Shown: positions 1-8,652, counted from the stretch's first letter. The stretch: DNA of 32,000 bases from Nostoc sp. PCC 7120 = FACHB-418 (GCF_000009705.1 NC_003272.1:5790001-5822000), one strand, 5' to 3'. Notes: generated by a model not told the origin, from the letters alone. Made by a program: numbers and translations.

Positions 1-1381
1 CCAATTCTCGGCAGCTTAAACCTGTTTCCGTCAAGTTATGCTGAATTAATCGCAGTTCCGCCAAAAATTCCGACCCCGAACGATACATGGGGCTATCTTC
101 ATTTGTGGGGGTTTCACCTTTATATAAAGCTAAATTGCGATCGCGGGTATTTTCCAGGCGCTTGAGGACGTAAGCTAGTTTGAGACGATAGGGTTCTTGG
201 CGATATCTCAGCGCCAGAGCATCGTATACTTCACTTAACTGGGACTGATCTAACTCCAAGGATTCCAATAAGTCTGGTAAAACGTCACTCCAGTGCATGG
301 AGATACTTAATAATTCAATCAATTGGGTGACAGACTTGATATATCTTTCCAGCACCATTTTGCGCTGATAACAAGCTGTCTGCCAGGTAATTTCCGGTGT
401 TACCGATGGATTACCATCTCTGTCTGAACCTACCCAAGAACCAAAGGAACAGAAATCTTTGCTTGGTGGTTCTAACCAGGAGAAAGTTTGATTTAGGGCG
501 TATTTGAAACGCTTATACAGTTGGGGAATCCCATCAAATAAAACTTCTTGGAAGTAATGCAAAGCATAATCCACTTCATCCAGCACAGTGGGCTTAAACT
601 GGTGGAGTTCGTCTGTACGCCACCACAAGCGAATTTCTTCTAGCAATTTTTCCCGAATTTCCCCCGCTTCCCAAGGATAGCCGCCGCCGTCCTTAGCTCG
701 ATTTTCCACCTCATCGAGTTGTTGCAACAAATCTACTACTTGCCGTTGTTTGTCCCGAATGGTGTGGCGGACAATTTCCGTTGGGTGGGCAGTGAATACC
801 AAACGGACATCTAGTTGGGAAATCAGGCGTTGAATTTGTTGGGGTGGGACATTCAATTTAGACAATAAGGGAAATAACGCTGCAAAAGTACCTTTTTGTT
901 TCCCTTGTCCACGATTAGTCCAATTTTTTCCTAAGAAATCAGTCCCTAAACCCCGGTTGAAAATAACATCATCTTCGTTGTGGTTAGAGGATGAGGTAAT
1001 GTTTTCGGAACCATTTAGGGGTGCTGTTTCCGCTTCTAAGTCAGAATAGCGAGTTAATTGCTGCCTTTGCTCATATTCCTGCTCTATGATGTTGATCAGC
1101 TGAAAATACAAAGCAAAAGCCCTAGCTGCCCGAATGGCTTCATTAATATTCAACTGTTCAATTAACTTGACAGCAGAAACTGCTTGGTCTTTTGTGGCTT
1201 GCCCTTCTGGTGAACACAAATCACGCAACTGCCGTAACAAATCCACCATATTTTGGCCGCATTCTTGCCGCAGTACCGACTCCCACAGTTCTTCTACTAT
1301 TTGGAGACGATGACGCAAGAATAATTCCGATGCTGGATATAAATTAGCAGATTCAGATAAAGAGTATAAAACAGAACCCAT
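1..1381 (-). CDS. ppc: Phosphoenolpyruvate carboxylase, N-terminal ~460 codons; the gene continues past the left edge
   Basis: Absent from the ORF track because there is no stop in the window. Manual minus-strand translation from ATG (1381..1379) gives MGSVLYSLSESANLYPASELFLRHRLQIVEELWESVLRQECGQNMVDLLRQLRDL...ARAFALYFQLINIIEQEYEQRQQL. The frame stays open to base 2 (...SEFLAELRLIQHNLTETGLSCRELE). I recognise this as the cyanobacterial PEPC N-terminus. Confidence 0.9.
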   Translation of the reverse strand, partial: MGSVLYSLSESANLYPASELFLRHRLQIVEELWESVLRQECGQNMVDLLRQLRDLCSPEGQATKDQAVSAVKLIEQLNINEAIRAARAFALYFQLINIIEQEYEQRQQLTRYSDLEAETAPLNGSENITSSSNHNEDDVIFNRGLGTDFLGKNWTNRGQGKQKGTFAALFPLLSKLNVPPQQIQRLISQLDVRLVFTAHPTEIVRHTIRDKQRQVVDLLQQLDEVENRAKDGGGYPWEAGEIREKLLEEIRLWWRTDELHQFKPTVLDEVDYALHYFQEVLFDGIPQLYKRFKYALNQTFSWLEPPSKDFCSFGSWVGSDRDGNPSVTPEITWQTACYQRKMVLERYIKSVTQLIELLSISMHWSDVLPDLLESLELDQSQLSEVYDALALRYRQEPYRLKLAYVLKRLENTRDRNLALYKGETPTNEDSPMYRSGSEFLAELRLIQHNLTETGLSCREL

Positions 1382-1486
1382 ACTTGCTTCTCTTGTAAAG
1401 CCAATTACTGTTTAACAGATTGATTTTTGGTAACTTATGCTCTTATCTACTTATGTGAGCATATTTTTGAAGTATATTTTTAAACT

Positions 1487-1720
1487 TTAATTGGTTGATT
1501 CATCGTCATCAGGGAAGGGTAAAATAGGCAGGCGATCGCCGCGAAATAATTCTTCACTGGCTTGGCCTAAGGATTCCAGGGCTTTTACGGTGACTTGTCC
1601 AGTGGTCAGCAGCAGTAGTATAGACGCTGTACCTATTTCTAAGAGGAGAGATTGGGGAATGCTAAACAAAACCAAATTTAATCCGGGGGTTGGTGTGGAC
1701 TGTTGGGTAATAGGAGGCAT
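1487..1720 (-). CDS. Small hypothetical protein (77 aa) with a hydrophobic core and an acidic C-terminus
   Basis: ATG-initiated ORF on the same strand as ppc and directly upstream of it. Its composition is more protein-like (LLLEIGTASILLLLTTGQVTVKALESLGQASEELFRGDRLP) than the overlapping plus-strand ORF 1491..1733. No family recognised. Confidence 0.45.
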   Translation of the reverse strand: MPPITQQSTPTPGLNLVLFSIPQSLLLEIGTASILLLLTTGQVTVKALESLGQASEELFRGDRLPILPFPDDDESTN

Positions 1721-1936
1721 TGCTTGTCCTTAATGATTAGCCAGCGAGTAGAATAAAACGCAAAACTCAAAATCTGTATGACTTGTAACTGTATAAGACT
1801 ATCTTGTCCTATTTAGCAAGCCGAGATGGTAACGAAATTGTTAACAGAAAACTTCAAAATGTGATAGACCTATGGTTTTAGTTTACAAGTGCAGGCACTA
1901 CCCCCCAACATTCGCTTCTTGTAAAGTTAACTGCCC

Positions 1937-4936
1937 ATGAAAACAGTCCTACTAGATAGCCAGCAATCCTTATTGCAATGGGTCAGCCAAGCAACGGGGA
2001 TAAATACTTTCGGGGTGAAAGTCCGGTTACGGGGAAATGACCTTCATATTCTTTGTGAAGGTTTAGAATGTCCTCAACGCTGGCGCACTCTCTCTGATTT
2101 GCTTCATGCGCTACAGCAAACAGATTTAGATGTCCTCACCAGCAACGAACAACCCTCAATATACCAAGTATTTGTCTACGGGCGAAAAAAAGGGGAGTAC
2201 CGCCCCCAATGGTGTCACAAAGTCCACTTAAACCAGTTGGAACGCCATCTGGAACAGGTGGAACAAGCCCTGCTAGAAGACGCAGCTAAAGCCCCTGGTG
2301 GGGCAATGATTCTCTCTAATGAGAGTTTGGCACGTCGAGGCGATGCCAACGCCATAGCCCGTTATCTCAGCGAAACCTTGAGTGCGATGGGTGTGGCGGT
2401 GCAGGTGCAAGTGAAGCAGCATCAGCCTGAAGATGGTAATTCTGATGTATTTAATCGCCTGTGGATATTTTGCCAGTCTGCTTATAGTCCTGACCCTTCA
2501 TTATTAGCCGAACCCGTAGCCCAGAAATTACGCCAATTGAAGTTGGCTGGCTACCGGGATGCTGTTATTGTTTCTCAAGTTAGTGGTGAGACAAACCCTG
2601 ATTGGTTGTTAAGGATTGACTTGACACCACCGGAGGTGATGCTGAAGGAATGGGCTAGGTGGGGAGATGTGCAAGCGATCGCCCGTCTACTCACGGCCGC
2701 ATTATCAGAGTTACTTGTAACTGTGCAGGTTTCCTTGCAGGAATCCACCCTACATATATTTTGTGAACCAACTGCTAATTCATCGCCAGATTCCCCAGCA
2801 CCAGACAAGACAACTTGCGTCGAGAAAATTTCCTCCCAACTAGAAGCGATCGCCCCCCAAGGTATCCTCGCGGCTACGGTTTACGGGCAGAAAATCAATG
2901 ACAAACAGCCAGAATGGATTGATTGGCTGAAGTTACCCGCCAGTGAACATCCAGCCTTGGCTACCTCCGCTTTTGACTTAGCTATTACTGGTGATGAACC
3001 TGCAATTATTTTCCTCCTAGAACGCCTCCTCAACCCAGACTTAGACCGCAAGTTAAAAACAGGCGGTCTGCGGGTACTCTTGCTGCGGAAAGGGGATTTA
3101 CTCCACATCATGTGTGATGCACCTGTTTGTCCCAGCCGCAAACAAGTAGCACCAAAAGTTATCCAGTTTTTGCGTCAATTAAATTTGGCGGGGACTGCTG
3201 GCGTGCGGGTTTATGGTCGTCGTGCGGGTAATAAGGAACCCTTTTGGCATTATGGTGTAGATTTAGTCCACCGCCAGCGCTTAGTTCCCGAAGCCACCCC
3301 AGAATTTGCCGCTACTTCCGAATACGTCAACGAACTCATTACCAAAGAAGACGACGAACCAATTTTACGTTCTGAGGTCACCACAGAGGAAGTCCAAAAT
3401 TTTGTCTCGGAAGTGGCGCGAGATTGGGTAACAACCACAACTACCACGCTGAGAAAGTGGTTTCTTAACACCCAGTTATTTACCGAAAGCGGTCAGCCGA
3501 CAAACCAATTTACTGATAACCAAGGAGTCAAGGTTGCTTTAGTTTGGGGTACTTTGGGCTTATTGCTCACCCTGCAAACAGATTGGATTTTAGGTGTGAT
3601 TGTAACTCGCACTATGCCCAGTACAACTCAGGCGGCTAGTATCTCCCAACCATCACCCTCTGAGCCAATATCTGACTATGAAAATAACCAAAATCAGAGA
3701 ACAGCATTTTTCACCACCAGTTCTCAGCAGAGGGGAGGTGTATTCAATCCTTCTGGCTTCACTCAAGATGATAATCAATCCAGAAACTTAAAAGCCGCAC
3801 CACTAAGAGAAAAAGGCACAGCCACAGCTATTTTATTGGCAGCGCGATCGCAAATGCCCAGCTTTAATGTGAGGCAATTAGATGAGCAATTGGCTTTATA
3901 TAAACAACGCATCGCCAGAAACGGTAAAGCGCCGGATGTGTTGATTATTGGTTCCTCCCGCGCCCTGAGGGGAGTTGATCCGATGGCTTTATCTAAAGCT
4001 TTAGCACTGCAAGGTTATCCCAAAGTAGATGTATTTAACTTTGGCATTAACGGAGCCACCGCCCAAGTTGTAGACTTTGTGGTTCGCCAAGTTTTGCAAC
4101 CATCGGAACTACCAAAAATTATTATTTGGGCTGATGGTTCCCGTGCGTTTAATAGTGGACGAGAGGATTTAACATTTAGAGCGATCGCTAATTCCCCAGG
4201 CTATCAAGATATTTTGCAGAAAGCCCAGACAGCCTCCAGTAGCGATGAATCAGCAAAAACTCCTGAAAAGCCGACTGAAGAGGTGAAAAAACCACCCAAG
4301 CCAGAAATGAATAGCTATCAAGCTGTAAATTTGTGGTTAAACCAAGGTTTGGCGGCTGTTTCTGTCACCTATCAAAACCGCGAACAAGTCAAAACATTAT
4401 TGCAAAATAAACTAGCGTCTTTACCTATATTTAGTAGCAAGTTACCAGAAGCCACATCACCAACACAGTCCACAGTAGATAATGCCGAAGATAGTAATAA
4501 TTTGCAAGCTGTTGATTTTGATGGTTTCCTAGCTTTATCTGTGCGCTTTCATCCAGCTAGATACTATCAAAAACATCCTAAAGTTACAGGTAATTACGAC
4601 AATGATTATAAATCATTTCAAGTAGGTGGTATACAAGATGCCGCCTTCCGAGATGTTTTGCAATTTACCCAATCGCAAAATATTTCTTTAGTCTTTGTCA
4701 ATATGCCTCTGACAGCAGAATATTTAGACCCAGTACGTAAAAAATATGAGCAAGAATTTCAGCAATATATGTTAGCTTTAGCCACAAATCCTAACTTTAT
4801 CTATCGAGATTTAAGCGAACTGTGGACAAAAGCCAATGATTATTTTTCAGACCCCAGCCACCTTAATCGTTTTGGTGCTTATGAAGTATCCAAAAAACTA
4901 GCAAATGACCCGATGATTTCCTGGCCAACGAAGTAG
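1937..4936 (+). CDS. 999-aa multidomain protein: four N-terminal ~100-aa repeats, one TM helix, a Pro/Ser/Gln-rich linker and a C-terminal DltD-like/SGNH-type domain
   Basis: Long ATG ORF. Predicted TM segment VKVALVWGTLGLLLTLQTDWILGVIV at about aa 531-558. The C-terminal third has a DltD-type serine motif (DVLIIGSSRALRGVDP) and a distal Asp/His motif (FSDPSHLNRFGAYEVSKKL). It sits 89 nt upstream of an MBOAT gene on the same strand. Confidence 0.85.
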   Translation: MKTVLLDSQQSLLQWVSQATGINTFGVKVRLRGNDLHILCEGLECPQRWRTLSDLLHALQQTDLDVLTSNEQPSIYQVFVYGRKKGEYRPQWCHKVHLNQLERHLEQVEQALLEDAAKAPGGAMILSNESLARRGDANAIARYLSETLSAMGVAVQVQVKQHQPEDGNSDVFNRLWIFCQSAYSPDPSLLAEPVAQKLRQLKLAGYRDAVIVSQVSGETNPDWLLRIDLTPPEVMLKEWARWGDVQAIARLLTAALSELLVTVQVSLQESTLHIFCEPTANSSPDSPAPDKTTCVEKISSQLEAIAPQGILAATVYGQKINDKQPEWIDWLKLPASEHPALATSAFDLAITGDEPAIIFLLERLLNPDLDRKLKTGGLRVLLLRKGDLLHIMCDAPVCPSRKQVAPKVIQFLRQLNLAGTAGVRVYGRRAGNKEPFWHYGVDLVHRQRLVPEATPEFAATSEYVNELITKEDDEPILRSEVTTEEVQNFVSEVARDWVTTTTTTLRKWFLNTQLFTESGQPTNQFTDNQGVKVALVWGTLGLLLTLQTDWILGVIVTRTMPSTTQAASISQPSPSEPISDYENNQNQRTAFFTTSSQQRGGVFNPSGFTQDDNQSRNLKAAPLREKGTATAILLAARSQMPSFNVRQLDEQLALYKQRIARNGKAPDVLIIGSSRALRGVDPMALSKALALQGYPKVDVFNFGINGATAQVVDFVVRQVLQPSELPKIIIWADGSRAFNSGREDLTFRAIANSPGYQDILQKAQTASSSDESAKTPEKPTEEVKKPPKPEMNSYQAVNLWLNQGLAAVSVTYQNREQVKTLLQNKLASLPIFSSKLPEATSPTQSTVDNAEDSNNLQAVDFDGFLALSVRFHPARYYQKHPKVTGNYDNDYKSFQVGGIQDAAFRDVLQFTQSQNISLVFVNMPLTAEYLDPVRKKYEQEFQQYMLALATNPNFIYRDLSELWTKANDYFSDPSHLNRFGAYEVSKKLANDPMISWPTK
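1958..3262 (+). repeat. Four tandem protein-level repeats (~aa 8-98, 126-229, 236-333, 344-442) inside the 999-aa ORF
   Basis: Manual alignment gives a shared pattern: GD..AIA..L (repeats 2-4), a beta-like V.V.V stretch, L(H/W)I.C (LHILC, LWIFC, LHIFC, LHIMC), a Pro-containing loop, L..L.L.G, V.VYG (degenerate, IVSQVSG, in repeat 2), then P.W...(V/I).L. Confidence 0.7.
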
Positions 4937-4937
4937 A

Positions 4938-5023
4938 AGAGGGGCAGGGGGGTGTAGGGGAAGCAAAGAAGAATAACTACGGACTAACGACAACCAACAA
5001 CTGACAACCGACAACTGACTAAA
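4938..5023 (+). repeat. Composite intergenic repeat: G-rich head + AAGAAGAATAAC + six heptamer units (GACAACC/GACAACT type)
   Basis: The sequence ggggcaggggggtgtaggggaagcaaagaagaataac is followed by gactaac gacaacc aacaact gacaacc gacaact gactaaa. A second copy lies in the same orientation at 31778..31886. Confidence 0.7.
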
Positions 5024-5025
5024 CC

Positions 5026-6525
5026 ATGAACTTTATATCTATTTTGTATGGGCTTTTCTTGTTAAGTACGTTAGGAATTTATTGGTCTGTAGGTCGTCAA
5101 AAACTGCGGTTGTGGACTTTATTGATTGCTAGCCTGGTGTTTTACTCGTCCCTGAGTATCCAATACATACCACTGTTATTAACACTCACATTTATTAACT
5201 TCCGCTTAGGGCGAGAAATTGGTAAAAATACCTCACCAGGACAACATAACCTCAACTGGCAAATTTCTAATGAAGAATGGCAATTTGCTCAAGTGGATTG
5301 GAACCGTAAACGGCTAAACTTATTGTGGCTAGGTGTGGTCTTAAATGTTCTATTATTACTCGGATTTAAGTATATTAATAGTTTCTTGCAGTTAATTTTT
5401 GATTTCCCCGTTAACCCATCAGAATCATCTTGGAAAATCATTGCACCTTTAGGAATTTCATTTTTTACATTTGAATGTATTGCTTATTTAATAGATGTTT
5501 ATCGTGGTGCGCCTGCAACTAATAATTTTCTCCAATTCGCTACCTATAAATTATTTTTTGCGAAATTAATTTCTGGCCCAATTACCCGCTATCACAACCT
5601 AGCAAATCAATTCAATACATTAGAGTTGCCCACTGCTGATAGGGTATCAGAGGCATTATGGTTAATTGCTAGGGGTGCTGTCAAAAAAGGGATTTTGGCA
5701 GACAGGCTAGGAATTTTTGTGGATTTGTGTTTCGGTAATTTGCCACGGGCTGGTAGTACTGATCTTTGGCTAGCTACTTTCGCTTATGGTTTGCAGTTGT
5801 ATTTGGATTTTAATGGTTACGTAGATATCGCCCGTGGTACTGCCTTGCTATTTGGTTTAGTGCTACCAGAAAACTTTGATTTTCCCTATTTCACCACCAG
5901 CATTGCCGAATTTTGGCGGCGTTGGCACATGACTTTAGGCGATTGGTTGCGGAATTATGTCTACTTTCCTTTGGGTGGTTCTCGTCAAGGTTTAACTCGT
6001 ACCTGCGGGAATTTGTTCTTGATTATGCTAATCGCCGGGATTTGGCACGGTTCCGCCTGGGGCTTCGTGGTTTGGGGGATGTATCATGGTTTAGCTTTAG
6101 TGGTTCATCGACTGACCGATTTGATGAGCGATCGCTACGAAAAGTTAGAGCTATTCTGGCAAAATCCTTTAGGGGTAGTTGTGGCTTGGCTATTAACTCA
6201 ATGGATGGTTTTCACTTCTTGGATTTGGTTCCGTCTGCCTAATCTGCCAGAATCTTCTCTAGTTATTCAGCGCCTCTGGGGTCACTCTGCGGATGCCCAA
6301 TTTGCACAAAAGGTCTACATAGAAGCCTTAAATACTAGCCAATCTCAAGTTTCTGCCATCCTTCTGGCTTTATTTACTCTCATGGGTATAACCTATGCCT
6401 TCAAAGGCAAGCTGAAACTAGAGCTAAACTGGCCTCTCAAACTCGTCTTTGTACCTCTATGCCTCTACGCTGTTTGGTTATTCGCCCCTGAAGGCAGCCT
6501 TCCTTATATTTACTTTGATTTTTAA
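5026..6525 (+). CDS. MBOAT-family membrane-bound O-acyltransferase (AlgI/DltB/PatA-like)
   Basis: 499-aa polytopic protein with MBOAT signature regions FWRRWHMTLGDWLRNYVYFPLGGSR and IAGIWHGSAWGFVVWGMYHG (conserved His). Confidence 0.9.
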   Translation: MNFISILYGLFLLSTLGIYWSVGRQKLRLWTLLIASLVFYSSLSIQYIPLLLTLTFINFRLGREIGKNTSPGQHNLNWQISNEEWQFAQVDWNRKRLNLLWLGVVLNVLLLLGFKYINSFLQLIFDFPVNPSESSWKIIAPLGISFFTFECIAYLIDVYRGAPATNNFLQFATYKLFFAKLISGPITRYHNLANQFNTLELPTADRVSEALWLIARGAVKKGILADRLGIFVDLCFGNLPRAGSTDLWLATFAYGLQLYLDFNGYVDIARGTALLFGLVLPENFDFPYFTTSIAEFWRRWHMTLGDWLRNYVYFPLGGSRQGLTRTCGNLFLIMLIAGIWHGSAWGFVVWGMYHGLALVVHRLTDLMSDRYEKLELFWQNPLGVVVAWLLTQWMVFTSWIWFRLPNLPESSLVIQRLWGHSADAQFAQKVYIEALNTSQSQVSAILLALFTLMGITYAFKGKLKLELNWPLKLVFVPLCLYAVWLFAPEGSLPYIYFDF

Positions 6526-6835
6526 TAGTTTTCTCAATAAAACGGCGTAAATAAGTAAAGATTTATAGTCAATAATTTAGTCCCAATAAAGGACTTGAGC
6601 TTCTTACTAAAAAAATCAGCTGCTATTGCTTTACATTACTCAATATATTGGTTTACATTAATTAATAAATGTTGATTTAATCTCACAAGCTTACTGATAT
6701 CTATAGTTGATTAACTTTCAAACCAAGGAAATACAAGGATTCCCAAAGATAGGGGGAATAATTAACATTAAGAATTATTAATTCATGGGTTTTTAGTCTA
6801 GTAAATTTGCGTGAATTCATGTAAATTTTATGAGA

Positions 6836-6862
6836 CAGGCGCAAGTCTAAAAAAAGCGTCTG
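6836..6862 (+). promoter_or_regulatory. Possible stem-loop in the psbA 5' leader
   Basis: caggcgc (6836-6842) can pair with gcgtctg (6856-6862): 7 bp including one G-U, with an A-rich 13-nt loop, 37 nt upstream of the psbA ATG. The transcription start is unknown, so its presence in the mRNA is assumed. Confidence 0.3.
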
Positions 6863-6898
6863 AATTAATCTGCACAAATCCAAAGCAATCATAAAAAA

Positions 6899-7981
6899 AT
6901 GACCACAACCTTACAACAGCGTAGTAGCGCTAACGTATGGGAACGGTTCTGCACATGGATCACCAGCACCGAAAACCGCATTTATGTTGGTTGGTTCGGC
7001 GTGTTGATGATTCCTACCCTGCTAGCCGCTACCGTCTGCTTCATCATCGCTTTCGTTGCTGCACCTCCAGTAGACATTGATGGTATCCGTGAACCAGTAG
7101 CAGGTTCCTTGATCTACGGAAACAACATCATCTCTGGTGCAGTTGTTCCTTCCTCCAACGCTATTGGTTTGCACTTCTACCCCATCTGGGAAGCAGCTTC
7201 CTTAGATGAGTGGTTGTACAACGGTGGCCCTTACCAATTGGTAATTTTCCACTTCTTGATCGGATGCGCTTGCTACCTCGGTCGTCAGTGGGAATTGTCT
7301 TACCGTTTAGGTATGCGTCCTTGGATCTGCGTAGCTTACTCTGCACCTTTGGCATCTGCTACAGCAGTATTCTTGATCTACCCCATCGGACAAGGTTCCT
7401 TCTCTGATGGTATGCCCTTGGGTATCTCCGGCACCTTCAACTTCATGATCGTGTTCCAAGCAGAACACAACATCCTGATGCACCCCTTCCACATGTTGGG
7501 TGTAGCTGGTGTATTCGGTGGTTCCTTGTTCTCTGCAATGCACGGTTCTTTGGTAACTTCCTCCTTGGTTCGTGAAACAACCGAAATCGAATCTCAGAAC
7601 TACGGTTACAAATTCGGTCAAGAAGAAGAAACCTACAACATCGTTGCAGCGCACGGCTACTTCGGTCGTTTGATCTTCCAATACGCTTCCTTTAACAACA
7701 GCCGCCAACTGCACTTCTTCCTAGCTGCATGGCCTGTAATCGGTATCTGGTTTACCGCGTTGGGCGTAAGCACAATGGCGTTCAACTTGAACGGTTTTAA
7801 CTTCAACCAATCCATCATCGACTCACAAGGTCGTGTAATCAATACCTGGGCTGACATCATCAACCGCGCTAACTTGGGTATGGAAGTAATGCACGAGCGT
7901 AACGCTCACAACTTCCCTCTAGACTTAGCTGCTGGTGAAGTTGCTCCTGTTGCGTTAACCGCTCCTGCTATCAACGGTTAA
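6899..7981 (+). CDS. psbA: Photosystem II reaction-centre protein D1 precursor (360 aa), Gln-130 isoform
   Basis: Unmistakable D1 sequence (MTTTLQQR...[37 protein letters not shown]...[13 protein letters not shown] plus the 16-aa C-terminal extension [16 protein letters not shown]). By direct count, residue 130 is Q (CYLGRQ130WELSY). Confidence 0.98.
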   Translation: MTTTLQQRSSANVWERFCTWITSTENRIYVGWFGVLMIPTLLAATVCFIIAFVAAPPVDIDGIREPVAGSLIYGNNIISGAVVPSSNAIGLHFYPIWEAASLDEWLYNGGPYQLVIFHFLIGCACYLGRQWELSYRLGMRPWICVAYSAPLASATAVFLIYPIGQGSFSDGMPLGISGTFNFMIVFQAEHNILMHPFHMLGVAGVFGGSLFSAMHGSLVTSSLVRETTEIESQNYGYKFGQEEETYNIVAAHGYFGRLIFQYASFNNSRQLHFFLAAWPVIGIWFTALGVSTMAFNLNGFNFNQSIIDSQGRVINTWADIINRANLGMEVMHERNAHNFPLDLAAGEVAPVALTAPAING

Positions 7982-8000
7982 TCTTCAGTTTTAGTTAACT

Positions 8001-8041
8001 AAAAAAGCGCCCTTCCAATTTGCATGGAAGAGCGCTTTTTT
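8001..8041 (+). terminator. Rho-independent terminator of psbA
   Basis: AGCGCCCTTCCA (8006-8017) pairs with TGGAAGAGCGCT (8025-8036): 11 bp with one mismatch and a 7-nt loop. It is followed by a T-run to 8041 and preceded by an A-run. Confidence 0.75.
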
Positions 8042-8067
8042 AGTCGCTATATAGGGCTATAGGAATC

Positions 8068-8652
8068 CTATTTGATTTTTGAATAAGTTCCGTACATCTG
8101 TAGAGTGTCAAAATCAAAGGTAGTGTGTCTAATAAACCACTCAAATATCCACTTTAAATGTGAAAATGAAGGAATTAAAGCACAAAAACGTCTAACCCAT
8201 GTTTTGGCTTGTAACCAAATATCCTCTATCGGATTTTGTACTGGGCAATTAGGGGCAAAACGGACACAGTGTATTTTCCATTGCTCGGTTGGTAAGCTTT
8301 GATTAACAGAGTCCAAGAAACCTCTAATTTCCTTGGAACGGTGGTAGCTAGCCCCATCCCAAAAAATTAGTAATCGCTGGTCGGGAGAGTTAGCTAGTAA
8401 GTATTCTAGGTAGTTGATAGTATTTTTTGAGTTTCCAGCATCATAAGCTTTGAGAACTAATTCTCCAAGGAGATAGTCAACTGCCCCATAGTATGTCTGC
8501 TTATCTCGCTCGTTGACAACTGGGACTGCGATTTCTTGGTCACTTTTTCCCCATACATAACCACTTAAATCTCCCCACATTAAATGACACTCATCAATTA
8601 ACAATACTCTTAACTTTCCTGTTTCGATTTCTTCTCGGTTATTTGCCAGCAA
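8068..8652 (-). CDS. IS630-family transposase, C-terminal DDE catalytic ORF
   Basis: Acidic triad candidates are D in LLIDECH, D in LIFWDGASYH and E in NPIEDIW. The start in the ORF track is a TTG (rc of 8650-8652) and is probably not a true initiation codon. The stop codon lies inside the terminal IR. Confidence 0.8.
   Translation of the reverse strand: MLANNREEIETGKLRVLLIDECHLMWGDLSGYVWGKSDQEIAVPVVNERDKQTYYGAVDYLLGELVLKAYDAGNSKNTINYLEYLLANSPDQRLLIFWDGASYHRSKEIRGFLDSVNQSLPTEQWKIHCVRFAPNCPVQNPIEDIWLQAKTWVRRFCALIPSFSHLKWIFEWFIRHTTFDFDTLQMYGTYSKIK

Noticed and set aside
1491-1733. 80-aa plus-strand ORF overlapping the 77-aa minus-strand ORF
   Set aside because: Its Ser/Arg/Gly-rich sequence is unlike a protein. 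The minus-strand alternative has an ATG, is co-oriented with ppc and has a hydrophobic core. Neither is strongly supported.
1776-1789. NtcA-like site GTA-N8-AAC between the divergent small ORF/ppc and the 999-aa gene
   Set aside because: The second half-site is AAC, not TAC, and no properly spaced TAN3T -10 box follows. It is probably a chance match.
2575-3471. Three minus-strand ORFs (2575..2808, 2881..3141, 3250..3471) inside the 999-aa gene
   Set aside because: They lie wholly within a long, repeat-structured plus-strand CDS. Their translations are Ser/Arg/Cys-rich with no motifs, which is typical of antisense-frame artefacts.
5913-6242. 109-aa plus-strand ORF in an alternative frame of the MBOAT gene
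   Set aside because: It overlaps the most conserved MBOAT motifs (WRRWH...PLGG, WHG) in another frame. Its Arg/Leu/Ser-rich composition has no support.
6807-6834. Candidate sigma70-type psbA promoter (TTGCGT, 16-nt spacer, TATGAG)
   Set aside because: The match is only moderate, and several alternative AT-rich hexamers exist nearby. Without a mapped TSS I cannot support it as a feature.
6701-6892. 63-aa minus-strand ORF in the psbA upstream region
   Set aside because: It lies in an AT-rich promoter/leader region and is a low-complexity ORF directed away from any partner gene. It is more likely the psbA promoter and 5' UTR.
7161-7863. Four ORFs (7161..7355-, 7210..7407+, 7307..7714-, 7657..7863-) overlapping psbA
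   Set aside because: psbA is unambiguous. These are shadow ORFs produced by its biased codon usage.
8105-8302. 65-aa plus-strand ORF inside the IS, antisense to the DDE ORF
   Set aside because: It is antisense to a clear transposase domain and has no motif support.
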